The translations under genes and the position numbers were made by a program. The notes beneath the pieces are model-generated. The model was given only the letters and a program-made list of their open reading frames with translations, was not told the origin of the DNA and made no database searches. From Sphingopyxis sp. (GTDB lineage Bacteria > Pseudomonadota > Alphaproteobacteria > Sphingomonadales > Sphingomonadaceae), in NCBI GenBank assembly GCA_013823985.1, contig PNNB01000001.1:128739-192738 (forward strand): a stretch of 64,000 bases of DNA, read 5' to 3'. This document shows positions 1-8,904 of the stretch, piece after piece (the stretch's first letter is position 1; the number at the start of each line of letters is the position of its first letter).

Positions 1-1
1 T

Positions 2-1060
2 TTCCCCATATTCGATATGCTCGAAGTGACGGGAGCGGTTCGTCTGGACGATTATACCGGCTTCGGTTCAACGATTAACCCGAAGATTTCGGCCAAATTC
101 CGGCCCGTCGACTGGTTCATGATCCGTGGTTCGTACAACACCGGCTTCCGCGTTCCTGCATTCAACCAGATTTTCAACGGCGTGACCCAATCACCCAATC
201 CGGGGAACACACTGGTCGATCCGACGACATGTCCGACAGGCACGGTTAGCCTCCTTCCCGGATGTGCCGCGATTACGCCAGACACATTGACCGGCGGGAA
301 CCTGAATCTGGGACCGGAAACGTCAGAACAGTACAGCGTGGGTGTTGTACTTCAGCCATCCAGTCGTTTCAGCGCCTCAGTCGATTTCTGGTCGATTGCG
401 GTCGATGACACGATCGGCGCGCTGACCTTGCGCCAGTTGCTCGACAATATCGCCTTCTTCCCGGACCGGGTCATTCGGACCAATGGCATCATTACTCTCA
501 TCGACTTGCGCGCCGACAATATCGGTTCGCGCCGGACAGAGGGTCTCGAAGTCTCGCTACGCGGCGGTACCGATTTGGCGGGTGGTGTGCTCACTGCCGG
601 TCTTGATGGTACCTATTTGCTGAAAAAGCGGGAAAAGTTCCTGCCTTCGGCACCTTTTGGGCCAAGCTTGATTGGCGTATTTACCTTCGCCGGTGATTTG
701 GGACTGAAGTGGAAGCATAATGCCTTCCTGACCTACACCAAGGATGACCTGACGTTCAGCATCTCGCAAATCTATCGCGACGGATATAAAAATCAGGCTC
801 TGCCAGGGATTGCAAATGGGACAGTGACACGTCCTGATTTCAACCCGCGTGTGAGGCCCTATATCACCTACAACACCTCGGTCAGCCTTGATATCCAGGA
901 ACAGTTCCGTCTGACACTGGGCATCAAGAACCTGTTCGACAAAGATCCGCCATTCGCGATTACATACGACAGTAACACGGGTGCCGGTAGCAGCTGGGAG
1001 CCGCGCGTAGCCGACCCCCGTGGACGCTCGTTCACCTTGGCTGTTGAAACAAAGTTCTAA
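2..1060 (+). CDS. TonB-dependent outer-membrane receptor, C-terminal part (5' end lies upstream of the window)
   Basis: Frame is open from the window edge. Beta-barrel receptor motifs GSYNTGFRVP, L.PETS, LGIKNLFDKDPP and GRSFTLAVETKF, with the terminal Phe typical of OMPs. Confidence 0.9.
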   Translation, partial: FPIFDMLEVTGAVRLDDYTGFGSTINPKISAKFRPVDWFMIRGSYNTGFRVPAFNQIFNGVTQSPNPGNTLVDPTTCPTGTVSLLPGCAAITPDTLTGGNLNLGPETSEQYSVGVVLQPSSRFSASVDFWSIAVDDTIGALTLRQLLDNIAFFPDRVIRTNGIITLIDLRADNIGSRRTEGLEVSLRGGTDLAGGVLTAGLDGTYLLKKREKFLPSAPFGPSLIGVFTFAGDLGLKWKHNAFLTYTKDDLTFSISQIYRDGYKNQALPGIANGTVTRPDFNPRVRPYITYNTSVSLDIQEQFRLTLGIKNLFDKDPPFAITYDSNTGAGSSWEPRVADPRGRSFTLAVETKF

Positions 1061-1083
1061 ATCACAGGTCGCCGGAGGATAAT

Positions 1084-2133
1084 ATGGAAGCTTCACGGCG
1101 ACAGATCATGGCGGGGCTGGCGGCAATGTTGTCGGCCCCACCTGTTATGGCGATGCAGGCGAACGGGCGCGGCGCGCCTGTTCACCGCAAGCCGGCGCGC
1201 CTTAAAAAGGGCGATATAGTTGGGCTAATCGAACCGGCATCGGCAAGTGATGAACCATTCCAGATCCAGTTGGTCGAGGAAGCCATCACCGCCATGGGCC
1301 TCGTCCCGAAACGCGCTCCGCACATTCTGGATCGTTATGGTTATCTGGCGGGGCGGGATAAGGACCGGGCGTCCGACATCAATGCGATGTTCGCCGACAA
1401 GGATGTGAAAGCCATTTTTGCCGTGCGCGGCGGTTGGGGCAGTGCACGATTGCTGCCTTATCTGGACTGGGATGTCATTCGCGCAAATCCAAAACTTTTG
1501 ACCGGCTTTAGCGATATCACGGCCCTGCACATGGCCATTGCGGCAAAGGCAGGTTTCACGACCTTGCATGGCCCGAACGCAGGCAGTGCGTGGGGCAAGG
1601 CATCATGGGACGCCTTTTATCCCATCGCCTTCGACGCCGCGACCCCGACCTTGGTCAATCCGGAGGGTGGGGAAGACCGGCTAACGCAGCGGCGGTGGCG
1701 GACGCAGACCATAGCGGCCGGTAAAGCCAAGGGTCGTCTGTTGGGCGGAAACCTGACCGTGTTATCGGCCTTGTCCGGCAGCGGCTATCTGCCCGATTTC
1801 AATGGCGCGATCCTCTTCCTCGAAGATGTCGATGAAGCCGAATACCGGATCGATCGCATGCTGACCCAATTGGGGCTTGCCGGTATTCTTAAAAATCTGG
1901 CGGGTGCGGTGTTTGGTCAGTGCACCAGTTGTACCGGAAGCAGCAGCGGCGTCTATGGCGGTTTCACCTTGAATGATGTGTTGCGCCAGCATCTGGGTTC
2001 GCTTGGCGTCCCGGTGTATACCGGCGCATGGTTCGGCCACATCACCGACCAGTTTACGCTGGCGCAAGGGGTGATGACGGAGATTGACGCCGACGCAGGG
2101 ACGCTGCGAATGCTGGAGCCTGCCGTCGCTTAA
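1084..2133 (+). CDS. S66 family LD-carboxypeptidase (LdcA/MccF-like) with probable Tat signal
   Basis: Motifs RGGWGS, GFSDITALH (catalytic Ser), GGNL, LFLEDVDE (Glu) and FGH (His). N-terminus SRRQIMAG followed by a hydrophobic stretch. Confidence 0.88.
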   Translation: MEASRRQIMAGLAAMLSAPPVMAMQANGRGAPVHRKPARLKKGDIVGLIEPASASDEPFQIQLVEEAITAMGLVPKRAPHILDRYGYLAGRDKDRASDINAMFADKDVKAIFAVRGGWGSARLLPYLDWDVIRANPKLLTGFSDITALHMAIAAKAGFTTLHGPNAGSAWGKASWDAFYPIAFDAATPTLVNPEGGEDRLTQRRWRTQTIAAGKAKGRLLGGNLTVLSALSGSGYLPDFNGAILFLEDVDEAEYRIDRMLTQLGLAGILKNLAGAVFGQCTSCTGSSSGVYGGFTLNDVLRQHLGSLGVPVYTGAWFGHITDQFTLAQGVMTEIDADAGTLRMLEPAVA

Positions 2134-2903
2134 ACCATCGACTGTGTTAAGAGCAGCGCGGCCGCATTATTGAGCATATGCAATATTATGTTTGTCCGCA
2201 GCGAACCCGTACGGTGATACAGATAACCGAAGGCGATGCTGAGCGACATCAGGCCCGGTATGGCATAAGGTTGTCCGTGCACCGCAGCGAACACGAGCGA
2301 CGACAACAGGATCGCACCCCAGATGGGAATGAAGCGGGCGAGGGCATTTTGAAGCAAGCCCCGGAACAGAAGTTCTTCCACGACAGGTGCCGCTACGGCA
2401 ATGGCAAAAAATCCCAAGCCGATATTCAGCGGGGTTCGCGGAATTTCAGCCAGCATTTTTGCCATGTCTGCCTGCATGCCGATACCGGGGATGACGAAGG
2501 TGGCGTAAAGATAGTTGGCGATCATGGCCGTCAAGACCAGTGCGAACGCCAAACTTACGGTCCGGCCAAAGGACATGTTTCCGAAACTGTCGAGCCCGAT
2601 CCGGTGATAACGGTCGTGTTTTTTCAAGTAGAGGACAAGTAGCCCGATCTGGATGATTGCCGAAACCACCAAGCCCCAGAGAACGGCAACGCCTTTCGTG
2701 TCACCATTCGCGGCGCCTGATAAACTTCCTCCTCCTACACCTGCGGTTATAAGAACCGCCGTGCACAGAATCTGTAGGACGAAGTACAGCACGATCCAGC
2801 CAAGGCTCGGTAATATGCCGCGAATAAACTGCCAGGTTTTCGCGGCGAAGCCGGTTTTTGACAGGCGCTGTTCAAGCGGTGGTGCGACTTCGGCGTTGTC
2901 CAT
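2130..2903 (-). CDS. CPBP/Abi (CAAX protease-like) intramembrane metalloprotease
   Basis: EELLFRG, FAAVH and HMLNN motifs with multiple TM helices. Start set at ATG 2903, which follows a GGGGA SD-like site. Confidence 0.88.
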   Translation of the reverse strand: MDNAEVAPPLEQRLSKTGFAAKTWQFIRGILPSLGWIVLYFVLQILCTAVLITAGVGGGSLSGAANGDTKGVAVLWGLVVSAIIQIGLLVLYLKKHDRYHRIGLDSFGNMSFGRTVSLAFALVLTAMIANYLYATFVIPGIGMQADMAKMLAEIPRTPLNIGLGFFAIAVAAPVVEELLFRGLLQNALARFIPIWGAILLSSLVFAAVHGQPYAIPGLMSLSIAFGYLYHRTGSLRTNIILHMLNNAAALLLTQSMV

Positions 2904-2966
2904 TAATCCCCCAAAATGGATGAAGGCCCGCACAGCGCGAGCCTTCCCCAAATGACAGGCAAATCG

Positions 2967-3911
2967 TTAATAAGCTACTCTTACCGCGCTCAAGCCATAG
3001 GCAGGCAGAAGATTTTGCACACTTGTCGGGCCCGCAAGATGTCCGGCACCGACCGCCATGAAGGTCGTACCGGGCTTATCCATCTCGGTCTTGATCCATT
3101 TTGCCCAGTTAGCGTTACGGCGTGTCAGCAATGCATCATAGAGCGCGCGGCTGGTCAGGCCATCGTTCATTAACTGCCCAAGGCCATCGGGGTCAGGAGT
3201 TCCCCAAAGCTCGACCATTTTGTCCATCATATTGGAGGAGCTTTCGACGACCTTTGCGGTCTCGATAAGAAAGCGGATTTGCTCACTTTCCGGCATGCTG
3301 TCGAACACACCCAATTGGAACTCCATTGTTTCGACGCCACCGATAGGCTTTTTCGCTGCATTTGCGGCGGCTGTAAGCTGCTTTTCGACACCGCTATTTA
3401 TGTCAAAGCCCTGCTTCTGCATGGAAATCACGGATAGTGTGACGGCTGCTGCCCAGGGATCAAACGGATCGAGGGCTTCGGCCGGCAGGCCCGTTTTCGT
3501 CATTGCGGTTTCATAAATAGTCCTGTCCGCATCGCTCATTTTGGAGCGGAGCGTTTTACCGCTTTTGTCGATCGCGAGCTTGCCGAACAGCGCCTGGCTT
3601 TCCGCCGCAGAAGGCTCGACCATTTCGAGCACCAACCGGTCCGATCCCTCGAACGCCTGTTTCACACCTTCGTCAAACCAGCCGAGATTGGGTTTCAAGA
3701 TGTGGACTGTACCGAACAGATAAATCGTCGTGTCCTCGTCCTTTACGACCCAAAGTGCTGGGTCGACATCCTTGATAACGGCAGGCGCGGCTTTGACAGG
3801 GTCCAGCGCCTCGACGGCTGCCGGGGCTTCGGTCGGCGCATTTTGTGCAAGACATGCCGGGGAGAATGCCATGGCGGCAGAAATCAGCAGAGTTTTAATC
3901 GTGGGGGGCAT
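2967..3911 (-). CDS. TraB/GumN family exported protein
   Basis: Signal peptide; motifs YLFGTVH, GVET.EFQL, RRNANW and AVGAGHL. Confidence 0.88.
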   Translation of the reverse strand: MPPTIKTLLISAAMAFSPACLAQNAPTEAPAAVEALDPVKAAPAVIKDVDPALWVVKDEDTTIYLFGTVHILKPNLGWFDEGVKQAFEGSDRLVLEMVEPSAAESQALFGKLAIDKSGKTLRSKMSDADRTIYETAMTKTGLPAEALDPFDPWAAAVTLSVISMQKQGFDINSGVEKQLTAAANAAKKPIGGVETMEFQLGVFDSMPESEQIRFLIETAKVVESSSNMMDKMVELWGTPDPDGLGQLMNDGLTSRALYDALLTRRNANWAKWIKTEMDKPGTTFMAVGAGHLAGPTSVQNLLPAYGLSAVRVAY

Positions 3912-3959
3912 GCGTATCTCCTGTTTGGATAAGGTATGTGTACGTTAAATTTCGGAAAG

Positions 3960-4622
3960 TCAGCGGTATTTTTTCCAGTACCAGACTGCAGACCAGATGG
4001 TGGTGAAGAGCAAGAAAATCGCGACACCATTGGGTTCGGGCACTAATCCGCCGCGCCACAGCAACCACCAGGTCGGCGCACCAATCAGATAGGCATATGC
4101 CGCGTAATAGCCGCCGTCGCGGTAGGCGCTGGCTTCCTGCTCGTCGATAGCGCGCTTGTGCCAGACCCATGCGATCACCGGCATGATGATGCCCCAAAAG
4201 AACGCAAGTAATAAGGCCACCATCGGCGGGATCGAGGAACTGACAAAGAGATCAATCGGGTCCGAGGCTGGCGACGCGGTGAGCGCGCTGTTGAGAGCAA
4301 CCGTTACCCCAACAACGCCACCACCCAGACCGCAGCTAAACATGATGTTCCTGTTGAGTCTTTCCCGCTTTGTAAGAGGCTCATTATCCGCCCTCAATTT
4401 GCGGCTGTTCGTCCAGATGGCGTAGCTGAGGGCGCCGATGAGCGCTGCGAAAACGCTGAACGTTACGATACCGGCAGTTCCTAACGGACCACCGCCTTGT
4501 TCATTATGCTGTGCCATATAGCCGGCAATCGCGCCGGCCACCATGACGATACCCAGGCTCGCTAGGATAATCCACATTATGCGGCGGCCATTGGATTGGC
4601 TCATATCATCACTATCGGTCAT
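3960..4622 (-). CDS. Hypothetical multi-pass membrane protein
   Basis: About 6 hydrophobic segments and a DE.E motif before the last helices. GGAGG SD lies 5 nt before ATG 4622; overlaps the HTH gene stop by 11 nt. Confidence 0.7.
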   Translation of the reverse strand: MTDSDDMSQSNGRRIMWIILASLGIVMVAGAIAGYMAQHNEQGGGPLGTAGIVTFSVFAALIGALSYAIWTNSRKLRADNEPLTKRERLNRNIMFSCGLGGGVVGVTVALNSALTASPASDPIDLFVSSSIPPMVALLLAFFWGIIMPVIAWVWHKRAIDEQEASAYRDGGYYAAYAYLIGAPTWWLLWRGGLVPEPNGVAIFLLFTTIWSAVWYWKKYR

Positions 4623-4827
4623 CTGTGCCTCCGCCAAATTCGTCATCGAAAATCTCCTCAATGGGTCGCCCGAACAGGCGCGCAATTTTGAACGCCAGCG
4701 GAAGCGACGGGTCATATTTGCCTGTCTCAATCGCATTCACGGCCTGACGAGACACATCCAGATGTTCGCCCAATTCGGCCTGGCTCCAGTTGCGCGTGGC
4801 GCGCAGGATCTTAAGCTGATTTTTCAT
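4612..4827 (-). CDS. Small XRE/Cro family helix-turn-helix regulator
   Basis: KNQLKILR..RNWSQAELGEHLDVSRQAVNAIETGKYDPSLPLAFKIARLF is the canonical small XRE pattern. Confidence 0.93.
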   Translation of the reverse strand: MKNQLKILRATRNWSQAELGEHLDVSRQAVNAIETGKYDPSLPLAFKIARLFGRPIEEIFDDEFGGGTDDR

Positions 4828-4847
4828 GTCAGGTGAGGCTGTCGTTC

Positions 4848-4901
4848 TGTCATGTTTACCTTACTAACCCGATTCGCTTGCGATGTCAATAAGACCTTAC
4901 A
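4848..4901. promoter_or_regulatory. Two TGTCA-N6-CCTTAC boxes, putative operator of the XRE regulator
   Basis: tgtcatgtttaccttact (4848-4865) and tgtcaataagaccttaca (4884-4901), 36 bp apart, directly upstream of the HTH start. Confidence 0.5.
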
Positions 4902-4983
4902 TTATGCAATGCGAGGCTGACAAAATCGCTTCGCACCGTCCAGAACCTTGATTTAGCGCCTCATCTCGGCCAAGGGGCTGGCC

Positions 4984-5856
4984 ATGTCTGAGGTGGCACC
5001 ATTAAGTTTTCAGGACCTGATCCTGACTCTCCATGATTATTGGGGCAAGCAGGGCTGCATCATTTTGCAGCCTTATGACATGCGCGTTGGGGCAGGGACG
5101 TTCCATCCCGCCACCACTTTAAGAGCTCTTGGTCCTGATAGCTGGAACGCTGCCTATGTGCAGCCGAGCCGTCGTCCCACCGACGGCCGCTATGGCGAGA
5201 ACCCAAACCGGCTGCAGCATTATTACCAATATCAGGTCATCATGAAGCCCAGCCCTGCCAATCTGCAGGAGCTGTATCTGGGCTCGCTCGACGCCATAGG
5301 CATTGACCCGCTGAAGCATGACATCCGCTTTGTCGAAGATGACTGGGAAAGCCCGACATTGGGGGCATGGGGTCTTGGCTGGGAAGTCTGGTGCGACGGT
5401 ATGGAAGTCACACAGTTTACCTATTTCCAGCAAATGGGCGGATTTGATTGCAAGCCTGTTGCGGGCGAACTGACCTACGGTTTGGAACGGCTTGCGATGT
5501 ATATCCAGGGCGTCGACAGCGTATACGACCTCAAATTCAACAATCATGGCGTCACCTATGGCGATGTGTTCCACAAGAATGAGGTGGAATTTTCGACCTA
5601 TAATTTCGAGGTCGCCGACACCGCCGCGCTGTTCGACGGTTTTGCAAAGGCTGAGGCCGAGTGCCAGCGGTGCATCGCGGCGAACATCCCGCTTGCGGCT
5701 TATGACCAGGCAATCGAAGCCAGCCATTTGTTCAACCTTTTGCAGGCCCGTGGCGTAATCTCCGTGCAGGAACGCGCCTCTTACATGGGCCGCGTCCGCG
5801 ATCTGGCCAAGGGTAGCTGTCAGGCGTGGATGGAAAAGAATGGATGGGCGGAATAA
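4984..5856 (+). CDS. glyQ: Glycine-tRNA ligase alpha subunit
   Basis: [32 protein letters not shown] and [12 protein letters not shown]. Confidence 0.99.
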   Translation: MSEVAPLSFQDLILTLHDYWGKQGCIILQPYDMRVGAGTFHPATTLRALGPDSWNAAYVQPSRRPTDGRYGENPNRLQHYYQYQVIMKPSPANLQELYLGSLDAIGIDPLKHDIRFVEDDWESPTLGAWGLGWEVWCDGMEVTQFTYFQQMGGFDCKPVAGELTYGLERLAMYIQGVDSVYDLKFNNHGVTYGDVFHKNEVEFSTYNFEVADTAALFDGFAKAEAECQRCIAANIPLAAYDQAIEASHLFNLLQARGVISVQERASYMGRVRDLAKGSCQAWMEKNGWAE

Positions 5857-7961
5857 TGGCCGACTTCCTTCTCGAACTCCTTTCCGAAGAAATCCCTGCG
5901 CGGATGCAGGCCAAGGCCAAGGAAGACCTTGCGCGCTTGTTTAATGAGGCGCTGACCAAGGCCGGCCTTGCCGCGCAGTCGGTCGAAACATTTGCGACAC
6001 CCCGCCGTCTGGCCCTGATCGCCAAGGGTCTGCCGCTTGCGACCGAAGCGGTTTCCGAAGAAACCAAAGGGCCGAAAGTCGGCGCACCGCCGCAGGCTAT
6101 GGAAGGATTCTTGCGTAAAACCGGCCTGGCGCAAGACCAGTTGGTGGAGCGCGACGGTATCTATTTCGCGATTGTCGAAAAGCCCGGGCGCAACACAGCC
6201 GATGTGTTGGGCGAGGCGATACCCGCGATCATCCGCGCTTTCCCTTGGCCAAAGTCGCAACGCTGGGGCGCGGCCTCGATATCGACCGAAAGCCTGCGCT
6301 GGGTCCGGCCATTGCAAGGCATCATCGCCTTGTTGGGGAACGATATCGTCCCTTGCGCTATAGACGGCATTGAAAGCGGCCGTCACACCATGGGGCACCG
6401 TTTCCATTCGAGCGGCCCAATCGAAATCGCAAACGCCGACGCCTATATCGAAGCGTTGCGGGCCGCCCATGTCATCGTCCATTTCTCCGAACGCTGCACC
6501 CTCATCCGTGATGGGGCCAAGGCTGCCGCGACCGCGGCAGGGCTGGTTCTGGTCGATGATGAAGGTCTCGTCGCCGAAAATGCAGGGCTGACCGAATGGC
6601 CGGTGCCAATGCTCGGCCGTTTCGACCCCGCCTTTCTGGAGGTTCCGCAAGAGGTTATCCAGTTGACGGCGCGGGTGAACCAGAAATATTTTGTTTGCCA
6701 CGACCGCGACGGCAAGCTTGCCAATGCATTTGTCTGCACCGCGAACATCGTCGCTAACGACGGTGGTGCGGCAATTGTTGCTGGCAATGAAAAGGTTTTG
6801 GCCGCGCGGCTTTCGGATGCGAAGTTCTTCTGGGAACAGGACCTGAAGGTTCCGCTTGATGAACAAGCCAAGAAACTGGCGCAGATTACCTTCCATGAAA
6901 AGCTGGGGACCGTTGCCGACAAGGTCGAGCGCGTTGCCAAGCTGGCGCGCTGGCTGGTGGAGGAAGGCATCGTCAAGGGCGCAAATGCTGACGACGCCGA
7001 ACGCGCGGCTCGTCTGTGCAAGGCTGATCTTGTGACCGGCATGGTCGGCGAGTTTCCCGAACTGCAGGGCCTGATGGGCGGATATTACGCCCGTGCGCAG
7101 GGCGAGACAAACGCCGTAGCCGATGCTGTGCGCGACCATTACAAACCGGTCGGGCAGGGCGATGATGTCCCCACCGCGCCGGTGACGGTGGCGGTGAGTT
7201 TGGCGGACAAGCTGGATACGTTGGTCGGGTTCTTCCAGTTTGATGAAAAGCCCACAGGATCCAAAGATCCCTTTGCGTTGCGCCGTGCCGCTATCGGTAT
7301 ATTATCGCTCATTCTGGATAATAATCTCCGGGTGTCGATGCGTGATTTGATAACAGCGGCTGCCCATGCCGGAGGGTCGAATGCCGGAATCGATGTCGCC
7401 AATTTTCTAATCGACAGGTTGAAAGTCCAGCAAAGGGAAGCAGGCATCCGGCATGACATGATCGACGCCGTTGTCTCGGTCACCGATAGGGGCGACAACG
7501 TTCTTATGGTCAAGCGCGTGAAAGCGCTTCAAGGCTTCGTCACAACCGACGAAGGCACAAACCTTCTCGCCGGATACAAGCGCGCGGCTAATATCTTGAA
7601 ACAATCGGGTGATGACCAAAGCACCCGTCACCCTGAACTTGTTTCAGGGTTTTATTCTGAAGAAGGCGAAGCAACTAAGATGCTGAAACAAGTTCAGCAT
7701 GACGGTGCAAGTGATGTCGAGATTGCACTCAAATCCGCCCTCGACACCGCCGAGCCCAAAGCCGACGCCGCTATCGATGCGGAGGATTTTGAAGGCGCAA
7801 TGACTGCTCTCGCCAGCTTGCGTGCGCCAATCGACGCCTTTTTCGAGGGCGTTATGGTCAACGATCCCGATCCGGCTGTTCGGGCTTTCCGTCTTGGCCT
7901 GCTCGCACGTTTCCGTGACGCCGTGCACCGCGTGGCCGATTTCTCGAAAATCGAAGGCTAG
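5856..7961 (+). CDS. glyS: Glycine-tRNA ligase beta subunit (carries an in-frame palindromic element)
   Basis: FLLELLSEEIPARM, ATPRRLAL, RWVRPL, EFPELQG.MG and GSKDPFALRR. ATG 5856 overlaps the glyQ stop (TAATG). Confidence 0.98.
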   Translation: MADFLLELLSEEIPARMQAKAKEDLARLFNEALTKAGLAAQSVETFATPRRLALIAKGLPLATEAVSEETKGPKVGAPPQAMEGFLRKTGLAQDQLVERDGIYFAIVEKPGRNTADVLGEAIPAIIRAFPWPKSQRWGAASISTESLRWVRPLQGIIALLGNDIVPCAIDGIESGRHTMGHRFHSSGPIEIANADAYIEALRAAHVIVHFSERCTLIRDGAKAAATAAGLVLVDDEGLVAENAGLTEWPVPMLGRFDPAFLEVPQEVIQLTARVNQKYFVCHDRDGKLANAFVCTANIVANDGGAAIVAGNEKVLAARLSDAKFFWEQDLKVPLDEQAKKLAQITFHEKLGTVADKVERVAKLARWLVEEGIVKGANADDAERAARLCKADLVTGMVGEFPELQGLMGGYYARAQGETNAVADAVRDHYKPVGQGDDVPTAPVTVAVSLADKLDTLVGFFQFDEKPTGSKDPFALRRAAIGILSLILDNNLRVSMRDLITAAAHAGGSNAGIDVANFLIDRLKVQQREAGIRHDMIDAVVSVTDRGDNVLMVKRVKALQGFVTTDEGTNLLAGYKRAANILKQSGDDQSTRHPELVSGFYSEEGEATKMLKQVQHDGASDVEIALKSALDTAEPKADAAIDAEDFEGAMTALASLRAPIDAFFEGVMVNDPDPAVRAFRLGLLARFRDAVHRVADFSKIEG
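7625..7705. repeat. CGTC-ended palindromic (REP/RPE-like) element inside glyS, 81 bp = 27 codons
   Basis: Left arm cgtcaccctgaacttgtttcagggt (7626-7650) and right arm tgctgaaacaagttcagcatgacg (7681-7704) are inverted. The left arm is identical over 25 nt to 38554-38578. Confidence 0.9.
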
Positions 7962-8057
7962 TCTTCACAATATATATTTTTGGGCGTTGATCTTTATCAA
8001 TGCCCACATACCCGAATGCGCCTCTTGTAGGTTACCTCTCCAAAGGAAACCTCTCCC

Positions 8058-8594
8058 ATGGCTGTTTTAAATCGCATCCGCATCTTTCATGCATTCCTCG
8101 CGCTCACCGTTTTGGCGGCCTATTTCTCTGCCGAGATGGGGCTTATTCACGCTTGGCTTGGTTACGGCGTTGCGGCACTCATCCTTTTTCGCCTGATCTG
8201 GGCGTTAAGCGGCGCGCCCCAGTTGGGGCTTGAGCGCTTTTACCCCTCGTTCAAGGAGATGCATCTGAAAGGGTTCATGACCCATCCCGCGATCAGCCGG
8301 ACTTTATTAGCGGGTATAGCGCTCTCGGTAATTGGCGCGACAGGAACCGGCTTGCTGATGGACAATGGCCGCGCGCTGCAACCGACGTCTCTCAGTTCTT
8401 TTTCCTTTTCGGGGGAAAGCGAAGAACTGGAGGGCGCCGAACGCGAAGATGAGGCGGGGGAAGTTTATGAAGAAGCGCATGAACTCTTGGCCAATCTCGC
8501 GATTGCCTTTGTCATCATGCACGTCCTTTACCTGCTCAGCTTTAAACGTCCGCTCGCGCGTTTCATGCTCTTCGCAAATAAAACATCAAAATAA
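8058..8594 (+). CDS. Di-heme cytochrome b/b6-domain membrane protein
   Basis: Four TM His in cytochrome-b spacing (RIFHA, LIHAW, EAHELL, IMHV); RLIWAL and HPA motifs; acidic periplasmic loop. Confidence 0.8.
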   Translation: MAVLNRIRIFHAFLALTVLAAYFSAEMGLIHAWLGYGVAALILFRLIWALSGAPQLGLERFYPSFKEMHLKGFMTHPAISRTLLAGIALSVIGATGTGLLMDNGRALQPTSLSSFSFSGESEELEGAEREDEAGEVYEEAHELLANLAIAFVIMHVLYLLSFKRPLARFMLFANKTSK

Positions 8595-8904
8595 CCGCCT
8601 TCTGCACTTGACTCCATCCTGTTGCACTGCACTACGGCGCACGAATGTTTTAGTCGGAATAGAGGGATGGCCGCGGCATGCCCAAAATGTATAGCGTTTC
8701 GGTGGCGGAGTTTGGGAAGACGACCAAATATCCAGCCAGTTTGCGCACCCATTTCCGGGGCGCTGTCCACCCTGTGGCTTGTTTCCCGAAAATAGAAGGA
8801 TAGTCGGCCACTATCCTTTTGAAGAGATTTCCCCCCTTTATTGCCTTTGCCAAGACGCCGCGGTTTTGGCACGGGCAGCATAGAAGACAAGTTCTGGAGG
8901 CAGC

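Noticed and set aside
7330-7420. Lower-GC divergent patch in mid glyS (ITAAAHAGGSNAGIDV)
   Set aside because: Looks like an ordinary variable linker; no inverted repeats or CGTC ends are present.
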